From positions 22,196,001 through 22,260,000 of the forward strand of contig OY740797.1 of assembly GCA_963514005.1 (NCBI GenBank): a stretch of 64,000 bases of DNA. Direction: 5' to 3'. The notes beneath the pieces were generated by a model. It worked only from the letters and a program-made list of their open reading frames with translations, made no database searches and was not told where the DNA came from. This stretch comes from Raja brachyura (taxonomy: Eukaryota). The position numbers and the translations under genes are program-made. This document shows positions 50,306-63,108 of this stretch, one piece after another (positions within the stretch are counted from its first letter, which is position 1; every line of letters begins with the position of its first letter).

Positions 50306-52496
50306 AGCAACAGCAAGCATTGACAAAGATAAATCCTATGTTAGTCCCCATAGCAAGAGGATTTGAATGTAGGAGCAAGGATTTCTTGCTATAATAATAG
50401 AGAATCTTGGTGAAACACATTTGGAACATTTTGTGTCGTTTTAAGAAGGAATATTCTCACCACAGAGTCTTCCCAAGAAGGCAATTTATTACAGGAATTC
50501 TCTGCCCTCGAGGGTAGTAAAGGTCAGATTACTGGGCATGTTTAAGGTGGAATTGGTAACATGTTTAAGAGCTCAAGCAATTGAGGGTCATGGGGAACTG
50601 GCACGCAAGAGGAATTGAGGCCCACGTAGATCGGCCATATTGAATGACGGAGAGAAGCTGAGAGATCTGCTCCTGCTCCTATTTGCTTGTGTTCTTGTGC
50701 AGTGATGCAAAGGTTCACCAGGGTACCTCTTGGAATGGCAGTCAGTTGTATGGGGAAAGGTTGGGTCGACCTTGAGTCATACGGTTAAATAGCATGGAAA
50801 GATGACCTTCAGCCCAAATTGTTCATGTCGACCAAGTTGGCATTTTGGGCAGGTACCACCACTTCCCTGCATTTGGCCCTTATCCCTCTAAACGCATCCT
50901 ATCCATGTACCTGTTCAAATGGCGCTTCACTGGATAGAACAGTGAGAGGGGCTATAATTGAAGGGATCCTTCAATTAGCTAACAGCATTTTGATAGATCT
51001 GGACAGACTAAGCAGGGAGGATGTTTTTTCCTGGCTGGACTAAATAGAAGGTGGGGTCACAGGTTACATGGTATAGATTTATGACTGAGATGAGGAGAGA
51101 CTTCTTCACTCAGAAAGAGGTGAGCCTATGGAACTCATGAGGTGCTGAATAATGTTAAGCAAATTCACAGATGCAAAAGGTATGTGACATAATAATGGAA
51201 AAATCTACTGCTGACTTTGAACATTTTCATTCGAACCATGCCGGGTTTAAACTACATCACCTGATCCTGCACTCTGGTAATTTTGTCCTTATACTGTTTG
51301 TTTTACTTCCATGAGGCCTTAATGGACTTGCGAATATAATGAATTGGTTTGACTGGATAACACGCAAGCAAAACTTTTCAATATATCTTGGAACACTTGA
51401 CAGTAATAAACCGACACCAATAACAAACACTGAACATAATGAGAGACCTCAGAGAGAGATGAACCTGTGAAACTCACAATCACATATGGCTATAAAGACC
51501 GAGCTGCTGAATAAATTTAAGCAGATTGATAAATTCCCAAATGCAGGTTTAAGGAGACTATAGGAATATGATATTGCAATAGATAATCAGCCATGATTGC
51601 ATTCAAGGGCAAAACAGTCTCAATGGGCCAAATGGCCTGTTCTTTTTTTTTGTATTATCTTTATTTCTATGAAGAAATGTAGTCAACTGCAGGTGCATAT
51701 GTAAATTGGCCAGCGTGCCTTGGTAGCCATATCTGAGATGAGGAAGGATATAGAAATTTATTGAGGGGGAGGTGTAGTCTTCCTGATTAAGCACAAAACA
51801 ACTTCAGGATATAAGAAGGAAGGAAGGCGTATGAATGGAATTAAGAACCTAGAAAGCATTTAGTTCTCAAAATCCCTTTGGGTAGTAATTGCTAAGTGGT
51901 AGAATGTATTATGTCAGTAATTGGCCAAGCATGCAGTGAAGGCAATGTAGTATTAATGGGGAATTTCACTTCCAAATAGATAAGGATCTGCTCATGTTAG
52001 GAAATGCACAAGACCTGGATCCATCAAGAAAGCAGATTCAAAAAGATAAGTAACAATTGAAGCATTAGATTTAATTAGCTGCCTGTTAGTGTGATTTCAT
52101 TTATTGAAAAGTAAGTCAAGCGCAATGTTTACAAAGGAAGAAGTGCAGAATAGTTAATCACATTCCAGGCTTAATTAAGGATTTCTCTGGGATCACTCAG
52201 TAGACCCACTAAATTGATCAATGGATAATATGGCAGGGCGAGATGTGTAGGAGATGTCATGACATTGGGCCTGCTCTCCCTAAGGGTCCAGTACCTTAAA
52301 AACTAGACCAATCAATGTGTGCATTTGTTTATGGCATGACTTACACATAGAAATGCTTTGCACGTGGTTGGATTATGCCAACCATCATCTCATTCTCAGG
52401 ATCAAATATAGATCATCGGGGATTGGCTCTGGCAACTCCAGGTGTGATGCTTTTAGGTCTGATGTTTGTCCGGTATCAGACAGGTATCTACTGATG

Positions 52497-52663
52497 GTAT
52501 ACAAAAATGCTGGAGAAACTCAGCGGGTGCAGCAGCATCTATGGAGCGAAGGAAATAGGCAACGTTTCGGGCCGAAACCCTTCTTCAGACTCTGAAACCG
52601 CTGAGTTTCTCCAGCATTTTTGTGTACCTTCGATTATCCAGCGTCTGTAGTTCCTTCTTAAAC
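52497..52663. mobile_element. Penelope-derived short insertion with internal inversion, flanked by a 17-bp direct repeat
   Basis: ACAGGTATCTACTGATG at 52480-52496 and 52664-52680; inside, a minus-oriented then a plus-oriented terminal repeat. Confidence 0.85.
52561..52588 (-). ncRNA. Minimal hammerhead motif (second subfamily, UUCG loop, GUU site)
   Basis: Reverse complement reads CTGAAGAAGGGTTTCGGCCCGAAACGTT. Confidence 0.65.
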
Positions 52664-53678
52664 ACAGGTATCTACTGATGCTTCCCAGCAAGCTGTGGCC
52701 ATTTCCATGCAAACTGCCAGATAAAGGTGTGACCGGCACTCCTTGGGGATTTGCTCACTGCCTCTGCCGGACCCATTTCCAGATGCTCCACGTCACTGTG
52801 AATGGTCACAGAATCTCTGTACTGTGGGTTTCAGCACAGGAAGTTCCAGTCACTACCTCTTTGATGAGCCTGTAATTAATCGTAACTCGCGGTTACTGGC
52901 ACAGGGACCAATGTGGGATTACCCAGCTGCACCACTCCTCCCCATTTTCCCTCATCTTCAGGGGCAGCTTTTTATCCCCCTGCCCTGTGGCCACCATAGA
53001 GAGTGTACTTCAAGATTTGACATGCTTCCCAGCAGTCATTGCAGAAGTATCACGGCAACAGGGTGCTCTGTCGGCAAGGAGCACCCAGGTAGACATACAG
53101 GTGCAAACAGCTCCAAAGATTATTTCACTGGATTTTTTTACCAAGGCAGGACAGCACATTGGGGCAGTTGCTGGAGCCATTGTCTCACAGCTCCAGAAAT
53201 CTGGGTTCAATCCTGACTGCCTGTGTTGTCTATGTGGCGTGTGCATGTTCTCCCTCTGACCCTAGTTAGACGTCTTCTGGGGGATGTGTTTTCCTCTTAC
53301 ATCCCAAAGACGTGTGGGTAGGTGGGTTAATAGGCTGCTGCAAATTGCTCCTGGAGTGTAGGTGAGAGTAGAATCTGGGAAGTGAGTTGATAAATATGTG
53401 AGGAGGATGGAGTGAGATTCCAGAAGGATTAGTTTAAAGGAGTGATTGATGATCGACACAGGTTTGGTGGGCTGAAGGGCCTGTGTCCAGACTACGGCAG
53501 CATGAAGGTCCCGAACTTTGTTCTTGCAGATCATTAGACTGGGTACCCACTTAGTGCATCAAGAAAGGACAATTAAATCCCCTGGGTAAGAAAAGCAGCC
53601 ACTGGTAACTACAGAGTCAAAGAACCAAAGAAATGCTTGCATAACTGAAAGAAATACAAAGACCAAGAAAAAGTTGGT

Positions 53679-53706
53679 CTGAAGAAGGGTCTCGACCCGA
53701 AACGTT
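53679..53706 (+). ncRNA. Minimal hammerhead motif in a Penelope-derived terminal repeat (element ~53675-53803)
   Basis: CTGAAGAAGGGTCTCGACCCGAAACGTT; the flanks GGT and GCC could form a short stem I. Confidence 0.68.
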
Positions 53707-54539
53707 GCCTATTTCCTTCGCACCATAGATGCTGCCTCACCCGCTGAGTTTCTCCAGCATTTTTGTCTACCTTCGATTTTCCAGCATCTGCAGTTCCCGC
53801 TTAAAGAAAAAGTTGGAAAACAGTTTGTAAGGATTACAGAAACATTCCTGGGATATCAACATATTGTTTTGAAATATTTCAGATTTTTTAACTGGAGCAA
53901 CATGGATCAGTAAACTCATAATAGTGACTGTGTAAATAAAAAATTCAGATGTATTAAATAAGTACTTTGTATTGGTATTCACAGTGTGCCAGGTATCTTG
54001 AGTAGAGTAATACGCATCAAGTACGGTGGCTTACCAAAATTAATGTCAGGAAAGTAGCAATAATAGAGGAAATATCAGCTCCAAAGGGCAATACAATAAA
54101 TCTCCAGGGCCAGTTGGCCTCTAAGGCAGGATTTCAAAGAAGATTGTTATTTAGAGGAGATAATTACATTTTAGATGGATTGCGAAGTTGAGGGAAATGG
54201 GGACTGGCACAGAAGTGCAATTGAGGCCTGGGGCAGATCAGTAATGGTTGCATTGAATGGCATGGTTGGGTTGAGAGGCCAAGCAGGACACTCCTTCTCC
54301 TCCCTACCTGCGCTCCTGTGTGATAGTCTAGCTGTAACATTCCAGTGGAAAGAGAGATGGTTCATGTTTCTCGGAGTGTAAGGTACCTCGAACCTGAAAC
54401 ATTAACTGTTTTTCTCACCGCAAATACTGTGTGGCTTGTAGAGTGTTTCCGACATTTTCTGCTTTTCGTGTTCGAATTAAAATATGTGCATTTTTAAAAA
54501 AAAGTTAATTACCATTTTCCACTGAACTCTATTCAGCAA

Positions 54540-55445
54540 CTGTTCCTTCAGATTAGAAAATTCTGTCTATCAATTCACTATTTAAGAAAGGCGCATGAAA
54601 GAAAACAGGGAATTATAGACCAATTAGCTCCCCATCTGTTGCTGGAAAATGATCAGTCTGTAATTTGAGTGAGAATATCTCTGCAATTTTTAACTGACGA
54701 GAAAGAGCAGGCAAAGATTTTAAAGGGTATGTTTCATCTCCTGAACTTTGGAAATGATTTTTGTTGCAGACAACGGAATGCCGCTGGATGTTATGTATAT
54801 TCAGTTCAGTCAGGCATTTGAATAAAGTCCTTCATCGTAGATTGTTAGCTGAAGTTTGAGAATTTGGAGGCATGTTATTGACAAGCATAAAACTGTATTT
54901 GTGGCAGGAGATGGAGAATGGGAAATGGAATGAGCAGGTATGTATCAGTATAAGTAATTATGGTGATCTGGAAGGGATCTGCGTTGATGGTTAAATAATG
55001 TACTTATTTGTTAACAGATAAGATAGGAAAACCACACATCTAGATCAGTGGATGGCTCACAAAATAGGCAATGTTGTGAGCAGTGTAGAAGGAAGCACTG
55101 AGCTCCAAAGAACAAGAAGGTTAATTAACTGTGCAATTGGAATTCATCGAGGGCTGAGTGCGATGCCCACTGAAAAGAACAGAAAGAGTGCTTTCCTGAT
55201 GATTACAAGATAAGAACACTGGGTACCCCAAAGGGATTTAGGATTCCTTGTACATGGATGGCTGAACTACAAAAGAAGCTACAGCAAGTAATGATAAAGG
55301 GGAATGCAAACCTGGCCATTGTATCTGGAGAAAAAAATAAATAGAGGATAGAGATTTTGAAAGGACCATATAAAACCTGAGATGGATCACGTCTCAGTTA
55401 GGTGAGCCTTTCTGTACACCTAGCCATGGGAGGGATATTCTGGGC
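54540..55445 (+). mobile_element. Highly degraded old CR1-clade LINE RT region
   Basis: GNYRPIS at ~54608, DVMYIQFSQAF..VLH-like segment, then decayed RT motifs. Confidence 0.6.
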
Positions 55446-56249
55446 AGAGTCATATAGCACAGAAACAGGCCATTCAGCCCACTGAGCTGATGCTGATCAC
55501 CAAACACCCATTTACACTAATCCTATTCTGGATTTGAATCACCAAAGCATAGCAGGCTGTGAGCCAATTGCCACTAAATGGAATTGGTATAGATAGGGAC
55601 TTGATAATCATTACGTTTCTTCAATATACGAATCAATTATTCTGTAACTAAGAATAGGATTTACAGCATTTTAGATCACAACTTCTGCCTGGGTCTCTCA
55701 CACAGCAATGAAAAGGAAGTAACGTTATCTTCAATGTGCTCTATCTCTCACCACATTACATGCAGAACCCATTCACTGACTGTCATGGTCTCTGTTGCAG
55801 TTGCAGTTGCAGTGAATATCTGATGACAGGGAAACCAGACGACAGACAAGATTAGAAGTGAAGAGGCAGCTGCAGCTTTCACCGACTCCACTCAACAAGG
55901 CACAATTCGGGGATCCTCTGGACAGTGTGCTGACAAATCACCTTTGGCTTTGGTGTGTGCACTGCCTCTTTCTGACAACTCTGTCACCTCCTTCCTTGGA
56001 TCTCGACTGTGTTTGGGAGGACCGACATCCCACTTGTATCATAGTTGTAAATTTTATTCCCGTTCCCTGTGGAGTTTTTTTCCATTAACATATGTTCTCA
56101 GTTTGTAAGATACTGGGGACATTTTCAAAAGTTGGTGTGAAGAGAGAATGTAATGCTTTACAAAAAAAAAAATGTTTTTAACTGTTGTTTTTTTTTCCTT
56201 CGAGTAACATCTCCTCCTCCATGTGTTCAGAGCTATTGCACCAAACGAG

Positions 56250-56635
56250 AACGTCACTGATATCAAGAGACCGTAACCTAGTCTGCCATTTCTGATGTAG
56301 CACTGAGGGAGTGCTGCATTGTTCAAGGTGCTGTCATTTCAAATTAGATGATAAACTAAGTCTGCCCACCCAGGCAAGTGAGAATGAGAGAGATCCTGAG
56401 ATGTCTGTAGGGGAAAGGTCACCTTAAGTTCCTAGTCTATGTTTAGCCCTCGCCAGTTTCATTCAATAGATAAGATGGCCATTTATCTCACTGCTATCCG
56501 AAGGACCTTGCTAAGCCCAGATTGACTGCCCACTTTCTTGCAATACAAGTACACTTTATAATATTTGTAATTGACTGTAAGGACTGTAAGATATCTTGAA
56601 GGCCATAAATGATTCTATTTAAATGCAGGTTTATT
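56250..56635 (+). mobile_element. Ancient DeuSINE (SacSINE1/AmnSINE-like) copy
   Basis: gcactgagggagtgctgcattgtt..ggtgctgtc.tttc; gaccttgct..attgactgcc; tail ctatttaaatgcagg. These match the recalled Deu-domain SINE consensus. A related minus-strand piece lies at ~2050-2130. Confidence 0.6.
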
Positions 56636-59600
56636 TTAAAATTATTTCAAATTATTTTCAAATTAATCAAAAGCCGCTGGCTTTTGTTCGTGTTGCTTAG
56701 CTCGGTGCTGCAGGTACTGTTTGGTAGCGTTGGCCAGAGATGAAAGCCCCTACTGTGATATGCTGTCCGTGCTATCAACTAAGCTGCCAATATTGGAGGG
56801 AGTATGCTCCAAATCGCCCATAGTTTGTCGTTTTCGTCCCGTCACGCCCGTCACCCTCCACTAGTTAGGAAAAGGGGGAATAATTAGTCACACAGCAAGT
56901 TCATGTTTTCTCACGGCATGTAGGTCCTCAAGTCTTTGACAACTTACAAAGCAATCCCATACCCCATTTTATTTCTCTGTAACCAAGTCTCTCTCACGTG
57001 CCCACTATCCACCCTCCACACCTAAAATTCCTGTAGTATCCGCCTTCCTGCATACGAGGAGTAATTTACACTGGCCACTTAACCTACCTGCACATCTTTA
57101 AGCCATCGGAGGAAACCATAGCAACCATGGGAAAATTACGTGGTCACGGATCAAATGGCCATACTCCACACTCGAGTCCTGATCGCAATTGGTCCTCCAA
57201 GAAGCACGAGGCAGCTGCACTACCCTCTGCACTGCTGGAAGCATAATCATTGAAAGAAGTACTATGGGTAAGGAGAACTTGGATGACTCACCATTGACAC
57301 TTGATAAAGGCATTCTGGCATCAAAAAGGGAGTTAACTGGCAGCGTAGGAACAGAAAGAGGCATAGAAACAGGAAAGGCATTGTCCTCTCAAGCCTATTC
57401 TACTCAACAGCTAGACAGTGCTCAACCTGCATCTCACCTACATTTATCCATCTTGGTTCCATAACTAACAACAATAATCTCAGTGATAATGCTTTTGGCA
57501 GAGAGAATTCTGTTTCCACCAGGCTGTGACGCTTTCAACGTCATTCCTAGATGACCTCATTGTGCTCTTCTTTGTTCTCATTACCTCCACTGGAGAAAAC
57601 TTTTGTTTCAACAGAACTAATTTAAACCCTTAAATTAATCCCCTTAAAAATTCCGAGTTAGATTGTCCCTTAGCCTTTTGCATTCAAGGGAATAGAGGCG
57701 CCGTGGAGCCCTGTTGTCATCACTTAATTCTCTTGCATGCAGCATTAGAACCTGGACCCACTGGCATGGTCAATATTTTCTACCAGAGATGCAATGGCCC
57801 CAGACCTCAATGGATTATTTCATATGGCAGACAAGCCTGAGATTGACACTCATAAGCAGATCCTTTCAAAAGCATCTCATCCATGGACTGCAGGTAAATC
57901 GTCATTAATTATGGTGAGGTGGAGACCATTTGGTTATTTACAGCTGATTAGCTCCGTTTTGAGTGGTATTCATGTATTATACTGGCTGCAGCTCAATGGA
58001 CAAGTTTGCCTTGACACTGCAACACTGTCATAGAGCAATACAACACAGAAACAAACCCTTCAGCCCACCACATCTGTGTTAACCATTGTACCCATGTGTA
58101 CTAATCCCAATTACCTGCTTTAGGCCAGTGTCTTGATGATTTATGTGCTTGTCCAGGTGTTTAAATGTTGTGAGAGTATCTGCTTCCAATGCTTTTCTCA
58201 AGTAGCTTATTTCAGATTCCAACCTCTCTCTGTGAAAAAATTGTCTCATTCAGATTCCCTCAACGCTCCTACCTGTCACATTAAACCTTTGCTCTCTTGT
58301 TTAAGGCATCCCAACCTTGGGAAAAGATTTGTATCCTTTATCCCATCTATCCCCTCATAATTTTGTTTACTCTGTCGGGTCACCCCTCAGAGACCTCCAC
58401 TCCAGAGAAAACAAACATGGCCGATCCAATCTCCCTTTATAACTGAAATGCTCCAATCCAGGTAACATCTCTGCACTCTCCCCAAGTCAATCACACTCTA
58501 CCTACAGTGTGACATCCAGAATTGCACCTCATACTCCAAGTGTGGCCTCACCTAACCTAACTGACTCAGAATTACCCAGGGGGTAAAAGGTTCAAGGTGA
58601 CGCGTCTGTAGCTTCACTCAGGAGATCCCAGATCTCAGTCATTGCCACCAGCAACTTGCCATAGACCAAGGAAAAAATTTGTTCCCCAAGCATTGGAAGG
58701 GTGCAACCTGAGACCGAGAGTCACGCTTGAGTCTTGCATTTAACTTCTTCTCCCATTAGTGATCCTCACCCAATGATGAGCAGCCCAAAACCTCTGCCCT
58801 GCCCTGCACTTGACTGAAGGGCCATTTGCCAAAGGTCTATCGCCAATGTAATATCAGCTCTCCATGAGGGATAGCCCCGGGAATGTGAAATGAGTCTGGA
58901 TATTCTGAAAAGGTGCATAGTTTATGCAATATTTTGAAGCACGGCAAGGGCCTTGAGGGGGAGGGAGGATTTGGCAAAGGGCCAAACAGCCGGGGATAAG
59001 GGGAAAGGAGGGAAAGAGAACAGTGCTACTGCTAGATCTGGGTAACAAACTCCTCTCTCCATTCCCCAACCCCAGGGCTCCCTGGCTAGCACACAGCAGT
59101 CAGTTATGGCGGCGGCTTGTCACAGTCGGAGATATTTCCGATGATATTGGTCAACAGTTTCTGTCACAGTATGTGGCATGTCTTTTCCTCGACAGCAGGT
59201 TTATTTCACAGCACGGCCAAGGACAGCCAGGAAGTTTAATAATAAGGTGTACAGAGAGGTCACTAAAAATACGGCAGCTTTGTTGAGACTTTTTTTAAGT
59301 AGTTTCACTTTAAGGTTGTTTTTAAACAAAAAAACCTGTAATTTCCATATGTAAAATGGGATGGTTCCTAGGAATAGGGTTGATGTGGGTCTTAGCACAA
59401 TCTGTTCTGAAGCGTAGTCACCAGCTGGGTGACTCCATTCAGGAGGAAAGGGTGTGGGTCAGAACACATGTTTTGTGCATGTTTGAATGTAGTGTACTGT
59501 TCAATCGTGCCTCCTTTGAGTTCATCATGTTTTATGTTTAGATTTGAAGTGCTTGTTTCAGCTTGTGGCGATTCCTTTCTTCCTCTCTTCCTCTCCTCTT

Positions 59601-59888
59601 GCACCCTCCACCTCCCATCTCTTCACCTTGTGAGCTGGTGAGATTTTCGAGGTGTGCCCTTGTATAAAACGCTTCAGTCCCACTTCCGGTTTTTACGTGG
59701 AATATTTGGTATGTGAAAAAATTCGAGTGTGTGAGTAACTGCTGACTAGACGGAGATCCTTCCATTATATTATGTAAAAAACCATATTGTTTAAGAAAGA
59801 ACCAGATGCTGGAAAAATCGAAGGAAGACAAAAAAATCCTGGAGAAACTCAGCGGGTGAGGCAGCATCTATAGAGCGAAGGAAAAGGT

Positions 59889-59916
59889 GACATTTCGGGT
59901 CGCGACCCTTCTTCAG
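59889..59916 (-). ncRNA. Minimal hammerhead motif (stem III C>T) in a Penelope-derived repeat (~59788-59920)
   Basis: Reverse complement reads CTGAAGAAGGGTCGCGACCCGAAATGTC. Confidence 0.6.
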
Positions 59917-62899
59917 ACTGATAAATATTAGTACACTTGCTTGCCGAGACTAATGAAAGCTTGTTCTCTGTGCTCTGCTTACATAATTGTTCAGATGTGA
60001 AATGGATTTTGTACATTAATTTACACAGGGTTTGTACACTATTGCACAGCTCCCTTGTATCCTTGATACAAGGCATAAGTCATTATTTCCTGGTTAAATT
60101 GGCAAATCCATTCAAGGAGGCCTGGGATGTTAGTTTTGCTTGGATGTGACCCTGGAAGTTCAATCACATGCCTGTGTTGGTCACCTAATCTTGAGCACAG
60201 CCTTTCAAACCAATCAAAAATCCAACAGACTCGCCTTGGCTACAACACTTTTATTGGTAAACAGAGATGTTTGAGGGAAATGAAGCAAAAACAAAGAGTT
60301 TGGCATTAGTTAACTGCACGGGGATTTATAATAGTCCAGTATCTTCATTGTCACAAAAATATCTGTCTAGTGGGGCTGCACAGCTGGTAGAGTCGCTGCC
60401 TCACAGCTCCAGTAAACCAGGTAACTGCGGCAATGAGCTTTCTTGTCGTCCATGTGGAATTTGCACCTTCTCTCCATGACAGCGGGTGCTCGGATTTCTT
60501 CCCACATCCCAAACCTGTGTGGGTTGGCAGATTAATTAGCCATTGTAAATGGGCCCTAGTGTGTGGGTGATAGGGGGAGAATCTGATGGAATGTGCGGAG
60601 AGTGTAAAGAATTGGGAGTGGAATTAATGTAGGTGGGTGTTTGATGGCCAGTGCAGACTCGGTAAGCCAATTTGTTTCCCTAAAAGGTCCTCCATTAAAA
60701 CACAGGGAGAGGAGTAGACATTTCAACTCCTCAATCTTATTGTACCAATCAGTTAGATCACAGCGAATCAGGACCATGTTCTTTACCGACTTAGTTCTAC
60801 ATCCCTGGTATCCTCACCTTACATTCCGTTAGCCATTCTAGTTGAGCCACATATTCGTAGTTCTTTGAAGAGGGTGAACCACATTCACACCCCTCTTGTG
60901 AAAACGTATCTCCTCCGTTCAATCCTAAGCAATCCAGCTGTAACGTTGAGATTATGGTGTTTAAATTTGGATTCCTCCATCAATAGAAACTGTCATCAGG
61001 TCGCCTCCAGACCTAGTATACTTACTTTAGCTAATACTCTCGGCCAGAAACTAACCAAAGCACAACAAATATAGTTATAATTGTGATCTGTTCTTTAATT
61101 GTGTTCTAATGTAACCCTTCCTATCAAGCTGGCATAATGGTTGATAGGAGGGGTTCTATTAGAGTTTTAACTGCACACTGAGAACCCTAATCTTGCACAT
61201 ACACACGGAACAATAGCTATTTAAGATACCCCCAAATGGTGTTATTAGTGCATCCAAGAGAGAAGATGATGAATACAGAACCAGAAACTATTTCTCCACT
61301 TTTCTCTGGCCCTGAAGAGCAGCAAAATATGAATCGGACTCCCTCAAAATCTGGTCCTTTTTCTGAAATATTCTCATTCTTATCTAGTTTTGCTATATAA
61401 TATATTACCTGGACCTGATGTAATCAGAGAAATAAGGAGGGACAATCATTGGTTGTGGGATATGACATTTATCTATTCAGTACCAGCCCACAACCACCCC
61501 CCAGATATTGATCCTGCATGCTTATGACAAGCAGCCTATTGGAAATAAAAGTACTGCAGGTTCTGTTTTAAATCTAGTTCAGCTTTCATGGACCGTCTAA
61601 CCATCTCCTGATGAAAATACATCCACCTTTCTGATGCAGATACTTCTAGTCAGCACTATCTGGCTCCCAAACAGATGAAGAACAACTAATAGAAAATATT
61701 TTTGAACAGATATGAGCAGAACAATCATATTCAACACAACAAATAATGGATCTTCTTCCATTTCCATAAATGGAATATACAATAAACAAGCTGCCAAAAC
61801 CAACTCTTGAGTAAGAGACTTTGAACAAGGGTGTCAGAGGTTAAGGGGGAAAGGCAGGTGAATGGGGTTAGGAGGGAGAGATAGATGGGCCAAATGGCCT
61901 AATTCTAGTTCTATCTCATGAAGCTTGTGAATTTGACTGACTGCACATCACTATCCCTGTACTCTGACCCACACATGAGCACTGAGCACAGCCCTTCAAG
62001 CCAAGCACAGACTTCTGTCAGGTTACTAGTTTAAAAATAATCAGTGGAGAAAGATCTCACAATCTTGTTTTGGAGATTTGAGTGGTGCAACAAGGGGAGG
62101 ATTTCTGGAAGATCATAACGAATAAAGCAAAGACTGTGACCTGTTTTCATTCTGTTCTAAGACTTTGACTTATTGTGATGTTTGAGTACACTCTCTTGTG
62201 TCTGTGTAAATAATAACTTTGGGAAACACTTGCTTTGTGTCCTGTGTGGTTCCTGCTGATCCCTTCGAGTGTTTTCTTTCCTGAAGATTTGTAAATTAAT
62301 TTCATACAGTACTGGTTCTGTATTATTAATAATAATAAAGATGTTTGACACTGAGACAAGACTCTGAGGCTGCTTGTGTTTAATGATGTAGGGATTTAAT
62401 GATAAGGGAGGGAGTATTTAGTTGTCTTTTCTTGTCAACATTTTTCCTTTCAAACTCCAAAGGAATTTTGGGAGAGGCATCACTGAGAGGTCTCAGTCCT
62501 TCTTTTGGATGCTGTCTTTGTGGAGTTTGCATGCTCCCCTTTGTGACTATTTTGGTTTTCTCAGTGAGCTCCCGATTCTTCTGCAGAGTGCCGTCAGTGT
62601 AGTTAAGTGGCAAAAAAGATCAGCTGGGAATGGAGACACCTGTTTGAGAGAATACTGTAGAGAAGGAAGGAAAGAGACTCTAGGACTGATAGGACTGCTC
62701 TACTGTGAGCTGCCCTGCACCTGATGGACCGAATGGGCTACTGTGCTGAAATAAGTAATATAATCTGCTCCTCCTTACTCCTTACTCCTTATCCTATGAA
62801 ATCCCACTGGAGTAACCAATGTCTCAGCTCCACTAAACAGTATATCAGTTCTTCACCTTCAACCTTAAACCTTTGTGGGAGTGATAAAGGAAATATCAT

Positions 62900-63108
62900 T
62901 GTTACTTTTTTGTGTTTCCTTTATCATTGTTACTTTTTTGCATATCTTTCATTCATTGTTTTTTCTCTATCTACATCATCGTTTATATCTGTTGTTTCCC
63001 TTATCCCTAACTAGTTTGAAGAAGGGTCCCGACCCGAAACTTCACCCATTCCTTCTCTCCAGAGATGCTGCCTGTTCCACTGAGTTACCCCAGCTTTGGG
63101 TCTATCTT
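62900..63108 (+). mobile_element. Penelope 3' UTR and terminal repeat (hammerhead core C>T mutated)
   Basis: Close match to 4985-5187; ttgaagaagggtcccgacccgaaacttc. Confidence 0.85.
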
